From Clostridia bacterium (GTDB lineage: Bacteria > Bacillota > Clostridia > Oscillospirales > Acutalibacteraceae), in contig JAFQCT010000020.1 in the NCBI GenBank assembly GCA_017399405.1, positions 22,492 to 86,491 on the forward strand: a DNA stretch of 64,000 nt. Direction: 5' to 3'. The notes beneath the pieces are model-generated. The model saw only the letters and a program-made list of their open reading frames with translations. It was not told the origin of the DNA and searched no databases. Below, one piece after another: positions 56,985 to 63,755 of this stretch. The first letter of the stretch is position 1, and every line of letters begins with the position of its first letter. A program made the position numbers and the translations under genes.

Positions 56985-58027
56985 TAAATGTTTGTGTCCC
57001 AGAATGAAATGTGCTTGTGATGACGAAGATAAATCTTGTAGTCACTATTTATTTCTTTGATTTTATTTACAAGTGCAAAAATATCTTCGCTTTTGTGGTA
57101 AACCGCCATACAGATTTTTGGTCGATTTGCAAGTGTTAGGCAGGCACCCTTAAGCATTTCACTTTCTGCACCCTCAATATCAATATTTAGGTATGAAAAA
57201 CCCCCAAACTTTTCAGTAATGTAATCAATGCAGATTGCATTTTTTTCTTCACCTTGTGATTTTGCAGATGCCCCACGACCTTTGTTGCCGTCAAAAGTCA
57301 AAACGCAATTTTTAGACCAAATCGCATTATTAAGAGTAATACAGTTTTCAAGGTATTCACAGTTGAGTTGTAGTTTTTTGAATGTTCTTGTATCCGGCTC
57401 AACCGCAACAATTTTCTTGTAAGATTTTGTATATTTCAAAAACTCGTCAACTGTGTCACCGCGATAAGCACCAAGGTCAAGAAAACTCTCATTATCGCCT
57501 AAATTTAAGATTTCAAAAGCCTCGTCTTTTTCGCTTTCACAATCAAAACAGTAATTCAAATCGCCTGTAATCTGAAAACGGATTATATTCTCAAACACCT
57601 TTCTTGATTGCTCGTCTGCAAGGTGAGAGTAAGAAAGTTCAATTTCATCAATATGCTTTTTAAGAAAATCCTTATTGAAAATATCACTTTCATAAACGGG
57701 TACAGATGGCATAATTACCTTGTGTCGCAATGATAATGATTTAATATTTTCAATAACTTCTGTGAGGGGACTCGCAAAAGCCAAAGCAATAACAAAATCT
57801 CCGATTTCATTTTCAAGTTGAGAAACACTTTTCACCTCGAATCCGCGGAATGTTCGTTTTCGTACAAATCCATCACTTGCAACTACTGCGGAAATGGTAA
57901 TGCCAAGATGTTCGAATTCGTGGAATACTCGGTCAGCACCGTTACCTGTGCCATAAACCGCAATAGGCAGGGGAGTATTCTTCAAAAATTCCCAACTTGA
58001 TTCAGTTGTCAATAAATCTTCAAACAT
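56975..58027 (-). CDS. FkbM family methyltransferase
   Basis: The SAM motif is FLDLGAYRGDT, with the FkbM block LNIDIEGAE. ATG at 58027 is preferred because the longer track ORF runs through a repeat element and a terminator. Confidence 0.78.
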   Translation of the reverse strand: MFEDLLTTESSWEFLKNTPLPIAVYGTGNGADRVFHEFEHLGITISAVVASDGFVRKRTFRGFEVKSVSQLENEIGDFVIALAFASPLTEVIENIKSLSLRHKVIMPSVPVYESDIFNKDFLKKHIDEIELSYSHLADEQSRKVFENIIRFQITGDLNYCFDCESEKDEAFEILNLGDNESFLDLGAYRGDTVDEFLKYTKSYKKIVAVEPDTRTFKKLQLNCEYLENCITLNNAIWSKNCVLTFDGNKGRGASAKSQGEEKNAICIDYITEKFGGFSYLNIDIEGAESEMLKGACLTLANRPKICMAVYHKSEDIFALVNKIKEINSDYKIYLRHHKHISFWDTNIYCI

Positions 58028-58041
58028 ATTGTGACCACCTA

Positions 58042-58100
58042 CGCGTAGTGGCAGGCTTTCACGCCTGCAATGTAGGGGCGATTCACTAATCGCCCGTCTA
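58042..58100. repeat. Partial modular repeat, copy D (cassettes m1 + m2 only, no TIRs)
   Basis: CGCGTAGTGGCAGGCTTTCACGCCTGCAATGTAGGGGCGATTCACTAATCGCCCGTCTA matches the left interior of copy A. Confidence 0.7.
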
Positions 58101-58121
58101 TAATAAATAATACCACAAACA

Positions 58122-58165
58122 ACAAAAAAATAAAAGCACTTGCTATAAAATAACAAGTGCTTTTT
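58122..58165 (-). terminator. Rho-independent terminator of the permease gene
   Basis: The minus strand reads AAAAGCACTTG-TTATTTTATAG-CAAGTGCTTTT followed by a T-run. Confidence 0.8.
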
Positions 58166-58185
58166 GAATTTAAGTGTTAAATCAA

Positions 58186-59619
58186 TTATGCCTTTTTCTT
58201 TGGCTTCATCACAAGAGCGCCGATAGCCATAATTACTACGAATACGATAAGGTAGAAAAGAACTGGGCAGCTGAAACCTGCACCTGCTTCTTTAGCAGCA
58301 ATATATGGTGCATAACCGTGTGAGTAGATAGCAGCAATAACCATAAAGCCAGAACCAATAATACCAAGTGCTGGAAGAACAAATCTCTTAACCGCTGAAA
58401 GTCCTTTTTCTTTAATCATGAACTTGATGAACATTGGAATGTAAAGTCCATAAATTGTAATGATTGGAAGTTCTGATGAGTCAAAGCTGAACTTGCCGAA
58501 CCAAGGAGTTGCAGTAAGGTTTGCACCGTAGAAGTAAACAAGCCATGCAGCAACGATTACAAGACCAACAATACATGAGTTTGAAGGCATACCAGATGCT
58601 GGGTCAACCTGTTTCATAAGGTTAACTTTAGGACCCATATCACGAACTGAAAGTGAGTACATACCACGAATTGTACCGATAAGAAGACCGTTAAGAGTAC
58701 CAAGACAAGAAACTGCAACGAAGAGGTTAAGAATGTTACCAAGAACATTACCAAATACTGTTGTGAAAGCAGAAGCAGTACCTTCGTCCATAAGAGTCTT
58801 AACAGGAGCACCACCTGCAACACCAATGTAATAGAAAAGGTAAATTGCAATAATGATGATACCACCAACTACAAGAGCGATAGGAAGATTCTTTTTAGAA
58901 TCTTTGATTTCTGAGTTGATTGATGTAGCAAGAATCCAACCTTCATAAGCGAAAGCAGTAGCAACAACAGCACCGAAAAGAGGTGACATATCGCCAGCAC
59001 TTGTAGCAAAGTTAGAAGTAAGGATTGATGTTGGTTCACCAGCAAGGTTGTGTGTAAGACCATAGATTGTACCAACAATTGCCATCAAAAGAAGTGGAAT
59101 AAACTTAATGAATGTAGCACTAATCTGGAGTTTACCAGCAAGTTTTGAAGAAAGTGTGTTAACTGCGAATACGCAAATAAGAATGAAACCTGCAAGTAAG
59201 AATGTTTCACTACCTGTTACAGGGTCACCTGCAAGCTGTAAATCAGGGTTTACAGATACTAAGAAAGTAAGGAAGTATCTTGCAGTAAGCCAAGCAAGAA
59301 CAGATGTCATTGCAGGCATATAGATTGTTGTTGCAAACCAACCCATCATATAACCGTATTTGCTACCAATTGTTGCTTCAGCATAGTCAACAAGACCGTT
59401 AACCTTTTCATAACGCTGAGCCATAACGCAGAATGCGAGAACACAGCAAATCATAATAACGCCACCGATAATCCATGCCAAAATACCAAGAGGCATGTCA
59501 CCGTTAGTCTTTTGAAGAATTGCTTGTGCTTTGAAGAAAACACCGGAACCAACAACAGTACCTACAACCATGCAGATAGCCATTAAGAGTCCGTATTGTT
59601 TCTTGAGACCGTTTTCCAT
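58186..59619 (-). CDS. APC superfamily amino acid permease
   Basis: 12-TM protein of ~477 aa. ATG at 59619 has an AAAGGA 8 nt upstream. The track start at 59628 abuts the SD. Confidence 0.8.
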   Translation of the reverse strand: MENGLKKQYGLLMAICMVVGTVVGSGVFFKAQAILQKTNGDMPLGILAWIIGGVIMICCVLAFCVMAQRYEKVNGLVDYAEATIGSKYGYMMGWFATTIYMPAMTSVLAWLTARYFLTFLVSVNPDLQLAGDPVTGSETFLLAGFILICVFAVNTLSSKLAGKLQISATFIKFIPLLLMAIVGTIYGLTHNLAGEPTSILTSNFATSAGDMSPLFGAVVATAFAYEGWILATSINSEIKDSKKNLPIALVVGGIIIIAIYLFYYIGVAGGAPVKTLMDEGTASAFTTVFGNVLGNILNLFVAVSCLGTLNGLLIGTIRGMYSLSVRDMGPKVNLMKQVDPASGMPSNSCIVGLVIVAAWLVYFYGANLTATPWFGKFSFDSSELPIITIYGLYIPMFIKFMIKEKGLSAVKRFVLPALGIIGSGFMVIAAIYSHGYAPYIAAKEAGAGFSCPVLFYLIVFVVIMAIGALVMKPKKKA

Positions 59620-59775
59620 AGAAACCATCCTTTAATAAAAATTTTTATGTTATTATACAACATAAAAATGCAAATGTAAACACTTTTTTGAAAAATATTT
59701 TAGCAAAGTAAAGCGTTAGCATGATAAATTAGGAAAAAGAGTAAAAATAAGGTAAAAAACAAAAAGAGTTTAATA

Positions 59776-59964
59776 AAATTGAGTTTGTCAACTCATCCAA
59801 TCGTAAATTGGATTTCATCATCCGTAGGATGATTTCATTTATAAACACAGTTATTAAATGAAATCTGTCTTCGACAGATGAAATCACTTCGTGATGAAAT
59901 CCTCGTTTTACTCGGATGAAATCTGCCTTTGGCAGATGATTAACATCCCGATAACCTCTAATTT
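59776..59964. repeat. Modular repeat, copy F (family TIR-like ends + GATGAAATC hairpin-array cassette)
   Basis: The left end AAATTGAGTTTGTCA and right end AACATCCCGATAACCTCTAATTT are diverged versions of the copy A/C termini. The interior is shared with copy E. Confidence 0.75.
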
Positions 59965-60053
59965 TCAACACAATACATATAATAATGACTTATAACAATC
60001 AGCTGAAAATGTAATAAATTTCAATAAGTCGCATATAATAGTAAAAAAAGTAC

Positions 60054-60082
60054 TTGACAAAATGATTTTAAGAGTGTATTAT
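60054..60082 (+). promoter_or_regulatory. Candidate sigma-A promoter of the tRNA gene (TTGACA, 17-nt spacer, TATTAT)
   Basis: TTGACA at 60054-60059 and TATTAT at 60077-60082, with TG immediately upstream. It lies ~30 nt before the tRNA 5' end. Confidence 0.6.
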
Positions 60083-60115
60083 TATAAGGCACTCGAGAGA
60101 GTAACAGTTAAATAT

Positions 60116-60191
<76 letters not shown>

Positions 60192-60193
60192 AT

Positions 60194-60237
60194 ATATAGT
60201 GGTTAATCGTTATATCAAACACAAGATATAGTGGTTA
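60194..60237 (+). repeat. Direct repeats ATATAGTGGTTA x2 next to the tRNA 3' end
   Basis: Copies lie at 60194-60205 and 60226-60237. The second is part of the small hairpin GTGG-TTAG-CCAC. Confidence 0.6.
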
Positions 60238-60257
60238 GCCACTTTTTCTTTGTTTTT

Positions 60258-60283
60258 AGGGTACACTTTTAGGGTACACTTTT
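60258..60283 (+). repeat. Tandem 13-mer AGGGTACACTTTT x2
   Basis: Perfect tandem duplication at 60258-60270 and 60271-60283. Confidence 0.75.
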
Positions 60284-60289
60284 AATTTT

Positions 60290-60313
60290 AGGGGCATTTT
60301 TGCCCCTTTTTTT
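60290..60313 (+). terminator. Rho-independent terminator (probably ends the tRNA transcript)
   Basis: AGGGGCA-TTTT-TGCCCCT followed by T7. Confidence 0.75.
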
Positions 60314-60354
60314 ATTTTTCAAAAAAATTAAAAAATTTTATAAAATATAGTCAT

Positions 60355-60391
60355 TTTTTCCTCGTTTTTTTAAGTCGCCTTACATACTTAA
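60355..60391 (+). repeat. Direct repeat box 1 (core CTTACATACTTAA)
   Basis: TTTTTCCTCGTTTTTTTAAGTCGCCTTACATACTTAA is repeated imperfectly at 60901-60938. The 13-nt core is identical in both. Confidence 0.7.
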
Positions 60392-60394
60392 TAT

Positions 60395-60898
60395 GAAAAC
60401 AAAATAAAACGGCTATAGTGTATTCGCTCACTATCTTGAGTTCAATAATAAAAAGCGTTGCGGTTAGAGTCCGACCGCCGAGGAGTTCGCTCGTATAAAG
60501 TGGAGTTAGTAAGGCTCATAACGATAATTAAACTTACCCGCTATATCTATTGTGTGCGGTTCTCAATATAGGTTATATTTTTGTCTGTTTTTTCTATTGC
60601 TAAACACTATAAAAGTTAAGAGATACCTTTTCAAGTGGGGGCTATAAGGCAATTACACTAATAACTAGTATAAAAATATTAACGCTTTCTAGTAGCGTAT
60701 AAAAGTTAGTGAAAAACAGAAGAGGGGCAACCCGTGAAGGAATATATATAAAACCCTGTGGAGCGGGACAAGGGTAATCTTAATAAAGTTGTATATTCTC
60801 GGACTTCATAAGGCGAACTATATCTTTTTGAAGATAACAAACGCAGTTAATTAGATTAGTTGATATAGTTCGTAAAAAATAATTTATTAAAATTGTTA
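60395..60898 (+). other. ORF-poor, hairpin-rich region: candidate phage origin/packaging region or large structured ncRNA
   Basis: No ORF of 60 aa or more on either strand. Several stems are visible: GCGGT-N9-ACCGC at 60460-60478, ACGCT-N7-AGCGT at 60682-60698, ACCCT-N13-AGGGT at 60753-60775, and the 11-bp CGAACTATATC (60814-60824) / GATATAGTTCG (60862-60872). The region is bracketed by the two repeat boxes. Confidence 0.35.
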
Positions 60899-60900
60899 AA

Positions 60901-60938
60901 GTTTTCTCCGTTTTTAAGTTATGTCTTACATACTTAAA
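60901..60938 (+). repeat. Direct repeat box 2 (core CTTACATACTTAA)
   Basis: GTTTTCTCCGTTTTTAAGTTATGTCTTACATACTTAAA. See box 1. Confidence 0.7.
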
Positions 60939-60986
60939 TTAAATAAATTAAGTTTATTAAATTAAATTAGAAAGGTTGTTAAAGTT

Positions 60987-61217
60987 ATGAATTTAATTGT
61001 TAAAGGTATTTACCTTAATAGAGTTAAGGGAACTAGTAAGAATGGCAATCCGTTCTATAACTGTTCTGTTTTTAGTGGTAGGGAGATTATTAAAATTTCT
61101 ATAAGTCCTGAACACTATGAAAAACTCGCACAGGTTAAAGAAGGTCAGTTTGTAGATATTGAGTGTTATACTCGTTGGTCTGCGGATAAAAAGTATTTGA
61201 ATTTCTATAGCAGATAA
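60987..61217 (+). CDS. Small OB-fold-like protein, candidate ssDNA-binding protein (gene V analogue)
   Basis: 76 aa with no TM segment. The segment VKGTSKNGNPFYNCSVF resembles the Ff gene V segment SGVSRQGKPYSL (recalled from memory). It is the first gene of the module. Confidence 0.45.
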   Translation: MNLIVKGIYLNRVKGTSKNGNPFYNCSVFSGREIIKISISPEHYEKLAQVKEGQFVDIECYTRWSADKKYLNFYSR

Positions 61218-61239
61218 TTGCAGAAAGTAGGTGTTTATT

Positions 61240-62106
61240 GTGATTTCTGTTAAATTAAGCAATAAGCACCTATTAACTGCGTTAGTGTCTTTGGTGCTTG
61301 TTTTAAGTCTTAATATAAATGTATTCGCTAGTGATTTGATTAGTTTCTATGATTATGATTTTAATGCCTATTATCAAACTGATAGCGGTTCAGTTAATTG
61401 TACTTCCACAACTGCTAAAAGTCGTCCAAGTTCCACCGCCGATAATGGGCGGTTATATACTCAATATGTTTTTACTTTAGGCGGATTAAATGACCGCGTT
61501 ATTATGACGGGTGCGGATTTGAATTTATACACTAATACGGAATATGAGTTTGATTTTCAGTTTTTTGTTAGTGGTTCTTCTTGTCCTACTGATGTATTAA
61601 TTACTTTGTGGGTATCTTCTCAAAATGACGAAGGAACTATAATAACTATTTACGATGCGGACGGGCTAGAGAGTAAAAAATGGATTAACTGTCAGGGTAC
61701 TTTCAAAACTCCCGATTTTTCGGGTAGTGTTCAATATGCTATGTTAGTTCAGTTAAGAGAAAACGAGAACTCTAACGGAACTACAGGGGCTAGATTTTGT
61801 ATATCTGATATGGCTTGTAATCCCGTTGGTCCGCTTTACGGGGAAGAAATAATGACACCTGATACGGGAGATTTAGACGATAATCTACAAAATTATGACG
61901 ACTTAATAGACTCTTTGCCTACTGTCGATAGCGGACAAATTAATGACTTAATGAATTTTGATTTTGGTTCTTTTGTCGATGGTATGAATTTCGTTCGCGA
62001 TATGTTCGACCGCACTTTAATGGCTTTTAATTTTAACTCTGTTCTTTTGTTCTCGTTGGTGTTTGGTTTGGCTTGTTTAATATTGGGAAGGAAGGCGAGT
62101 AAATAA
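61240..62106 (+). CDS. Secreted, C-terminally anchored protein; candidate adsorption/minor coat protein (g3p-like architecture)
   Basis: GTG at 61240 is preceded by AGGTG. The signal peptide is LLTALVSLVLVLSLNINVFA/SD. The middle is beta-rich, an acidic linker follows, and the C-terminal TM helix is VLLFSLVFGLACLILGRKASK. Confidence 0.55.
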   Translation: MISVKLSNKHLLTALVSLVLVLSLNINVFASDLISFYDYDFNAYYQTDSGSVNCTSTTAKSRPSSTADNGRLYTQYVFTLGGLNDRVIMTGADLNLYTNTEYEFDFQFFVSGSSCPTDVLITLWVSSQNDEGTIITIYDADGLESKKWINCQGTFKTPDFSGSVQYAMLVQLRENENSNGTTGARFCISDMACNPVGPLYGEEIMTPDTGDLDDNLQNYDDLIDSLPTVDSGQINDLMNFDFGSFVDGMNFVRDMFDRTLMAFNFNSVLLFSLVFGLACLILGRKASK

Positions 62107-62342
62107 TGCTTGAAGGCATTTTTGGATTTTTTGAATGGCTTTCTACTCTTTTTCAAATTGTTATAGATTTTATAGTTAATTTAATTGAAAATCTTATAGC
62201 ATTTTTTCAGTTAATTCCTTCCGTGCTTGTTTTTGTAGGTTCTGCGATTTCTTATTTACCTTCTTCTATTATGATTTTTGCAACAGTTGGTATTACAGTT
62301 TCTGTAATGTATTTAATACTTGGGAGGGACGATGGACAATGA
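62106..62342 (+). CDS. Small membrane protein (two hydrophobic helices), g6p-like position
   Basis: 78 aa. The start overlaps the preceding stop (TAATG). The N-terminus is GIFGFFEWLSTLFQIV. Confidence 0.55.
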   Translation: MLEGIFGFFEWLSTLFQIVIDFIVNLIENLIAFFQLIPSVLVFVGSAISYLPSSIMIFATVGITVSVMYLILGRDDGQ

Positions 62343-62572
62343 GTAATATTTTTGATTTGATTTTTAGTTTATTTGAATGGGTCATTTCTTCTCTCCGCTC
62401 AATTCCTTTAAGTGATAATGTTAGTTTATTCGATTTTTCTTTTGCTCTGCTTATTATGGGTATTACTCTCTCTGCGGTTGTAATTACCGCTAAAAGTTCC
62501 GCCCTTAATTCACAAAGTGCTAGATACAGAGAGAACAGGCAAAACGAAAGAAAGCAAAACAAAGGGGGTTAA
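62339..62572 (+). CDS. Small membrane protein with a basic C-terminal tail
   Basis: 77 aa with an ATGA overlap with the previous ORF. The N-terminus IFDLIFSLFEWVISSL is paralogous to the previous ORF. It has one TM helix and then the basic tail RYRENRQNERKQNKGG. Confidence 0.55.
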   Translation: MSNIFDLIFSLFEWVISSLRSIPLSDNVSLFDFSFALLIMGITLSAVVITAKSSALNSQSARYRENRQNERKQNKGG

Positions 62573-62575
62573 TTA

Positions 62576-62740
62576 ATGTATAACTATTATGAATTAGTTG
62601 CAGTATGTGAAACTATCGCAACTAAAATAGATACTGTTATATATTTATTAGAAACGAATTTAACCCCATTGTTATATATTATATCTTTTGCTGTTTTGCT
62701 TAAGATTGGATTTAGTTGTTTAAGGGGGTATCGCGTTTGA
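62576..62740 (+). CDS. Small hypothetical membrane protein (54 aa, below the ORF-track cutoff)
   Basis: ATG at 62576 lies 3 nt after the previous stop. I translated it by hand as MYNYYELVAVCETIATKIDTVIYLLETNLTPLLYIISFAVLLKIGFSCLRGYRV. Confidence 0.4.
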   Translation: MYNYYELVAVCETIATKIDTVIYLLETNLTPLLYIISFAVLLKIGFSCLRGYRV

Positions 62741-62880
62741 TTGATTGGCTTATCTCCGTTATCGGTACTGTTCCCGAACAGTACGAATTTTTAATAATTT
62801 CAACCGCTTGTGTTTTGGTTGTAATTTTAGTTGTTAATGTTATTAATCTATTTTTTAGCCCGTTTAGGACTTTCAAATAG
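62737..62880 (+). CDS. Small hypothetical single-TM protein (47 aa, TTG start)
   Basis: TTG at 62737 overlaps the previous TGA and is preceded by AAGGGGG at an 8-nt spacing. My hand translation is (M)IDWLISVIGTVPEQYEFLIISTACVLVVILVVNVINLFFSPFRTFK. Confidence 0.4.
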   Translation: MIDWLISVIGTVPEQYEFLIISTACVLVVILVVNVINLFFSPFRTFK

Positions 62881-62910
62881 TATTTAATAAAATTTTGTGG
62901 AAAGGAGAAA

Positions 62911-63363
62911 GTGCCTTTTATGGATGGTACAGTAGTGGCTACAGGTATGACAGGATTAACAGAAGTTGTGACTTGGCTCACAGGTCAATTCGGCGGTGTC
63001 ATCGACACTATCGTAGCAGAACCTATTCTATTGTTAAGCGTTGGCATCTTCGCTTGTGGTAGTGTTATCGGTATGTGGCAATGCCGATATAAAATCGGGG
63101 AATTAAGCGAGAAGGCTCTAAAAATGCTAACTCGAACCGAAGGCTTGACTAACAATCAAGTCAGGGGCAACGCGTAGGGAATGAAACTATTTTATAGAAT
63201 ATAATTTCCCCAAGAGTCTCCGACAATTCAAAGTGAATTGAAAAAGTACGCTAAACTAGGTTGGAATTGACCAACCGATGAAAATGGGCGAAAGTCCTAG
63301 AGTACAAGATAAAAAACTTGTAGTTAATAACAAATGCTTGCTCACAGACTTATTCGTGGTTAA
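62911..63363 (+). CDS. Coat-like small membrane protein A, apparently split: exon 1 62911 (or ATG 62920)..63072, exon 2 63337..63363
   Basis: The joined product ends ...AEPILLLSVGIFACGSVIG-LAHRLIRG*. This parallels paralogue B, ...GQPILLLVLGIFALGSIIGLVRRLMK*. The unspliced read-through (to 63177) has no such basic tail. Confidence 0.5.
63073..63336 (+). ncRNA. Candidate ORF-less group I self-splicing intron (264 nt)
   Basis: P1 is TATCGGT (63066-63072) paired with GCCGATA (63083-63089), with the splice-site U.G pair. P10 is GGCAA (63077-63081) paired with TTGCT (63338-63342). The 3'-terminal base is G at 63336. Interleaved pairings GGGGAA/TTCCCC and AACTAT/GTAGTT resemble P3/P7. A GAAA-tetraloop hairpin lies at 63286-63297. 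Confidence 0.5.
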
Positions 63364-63390
63364 TTTTTAACTAAGGCATAGTAAAATATT

Positions 63391-63651
63391 ATGTCTGCTT
63401 TAACTACGATTTTTAATTTTTTATATGTTTATCTTCGTTGTTTTGCTTGTTATATTTTCGGCGGTCGGTTAGATGTTAATTACTTTTCTAATCTCGAACA
63501 GATAGAATTTGTGCGAAATATTATAAAAACTGCTTCAGGTGGTATTTATGAAAATGGTTTATCTTTTCCGGGTCAGCCTATATTATTACTTGTTTTAGGT
63601 ATATTTGCTTTAGGCTCTATTATTGGTCTTGTTCGCAGATTAATGAAATAA
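63391..63651 (+). CDS. Coat-like small membrane protein B (uninterrupted paralogue)
   Basis: 86 aa with a hydrophobic N-terminal leader, then ...GQPILLLVLGIFALGSIIG followed by the basic tail LVRRLMK. A TM helix plus a basic C-terminus is the filamentous-phage major-coat pattern. Confidence 0.55.
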   Translation: MSALTTIFNFLYVYLRCFACYIFGGRLDVNYFSNLEQIEFVRNIIKTASGGIYENGLSFPGQPILLLVLGIFALGSIIGLVRRLMK

Positions 63652-63755
63652 ATATATAAAAGATTAAAAACTATTTAACTTGTACGCATAAGAAAGAACA
63701 CAAAAAAACTTGCGTTTTTTCCTATGCGTATAACTTTATAAGGTGGTTTTTAATT

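Noticed and set aside
58028-58156. The N-terminal extension of the FkbM methyltransferase ORF (track start 58156).
   Set aside because: The extension runs through a rho-independent terminator and a repeat fragment. The ATG at 58027 gives a normal N-terminus.
59800-59945. Could the periodic GATGAAATC motif be a CRISPR array?
   Set aside because: The repeat unit is only 8-9 nt. The 'spacers' are 7-13 nt and palindromic. The whole block is duplicated at 31.7 kb, and no cas genes are present.
60723-60731. The 9-mer AGGGGCAAC (plus loose flanking similarity) is shared between the non-coding region (60723) and the candidate intron (63163). This could be a hint of a second ribozyme.
   Set aside because: A single 9-nt match between regions of these sizes is roughly what chance predicts. 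The flanks do not align convincingly.
60993-62981. Minus-strand ORFs in the phage-like region: 60993-61262, 61893-62156, 62293-62562 and 62712-62981.
   Set aside because: Each lies antisense to a plus-strand ORF train that shows coupled starts and stops and SD sequences. The translations are low-complexity and no RBS is seen.
63073-63177. The read-through C-terminus (MWQCRYKIGELSEKALKMLTRTEGLTNNQVRGNA) of coat-like ORF A taken as genuine protein sequence.
   Set aside because: It has no counterpart in paralogue B. The in-frame segment at 63337-63363 does match the paralogue tail, and the boundaries carry P1/P10/omega-G signatures. The read-through is kept only as the alternative hypothesis.
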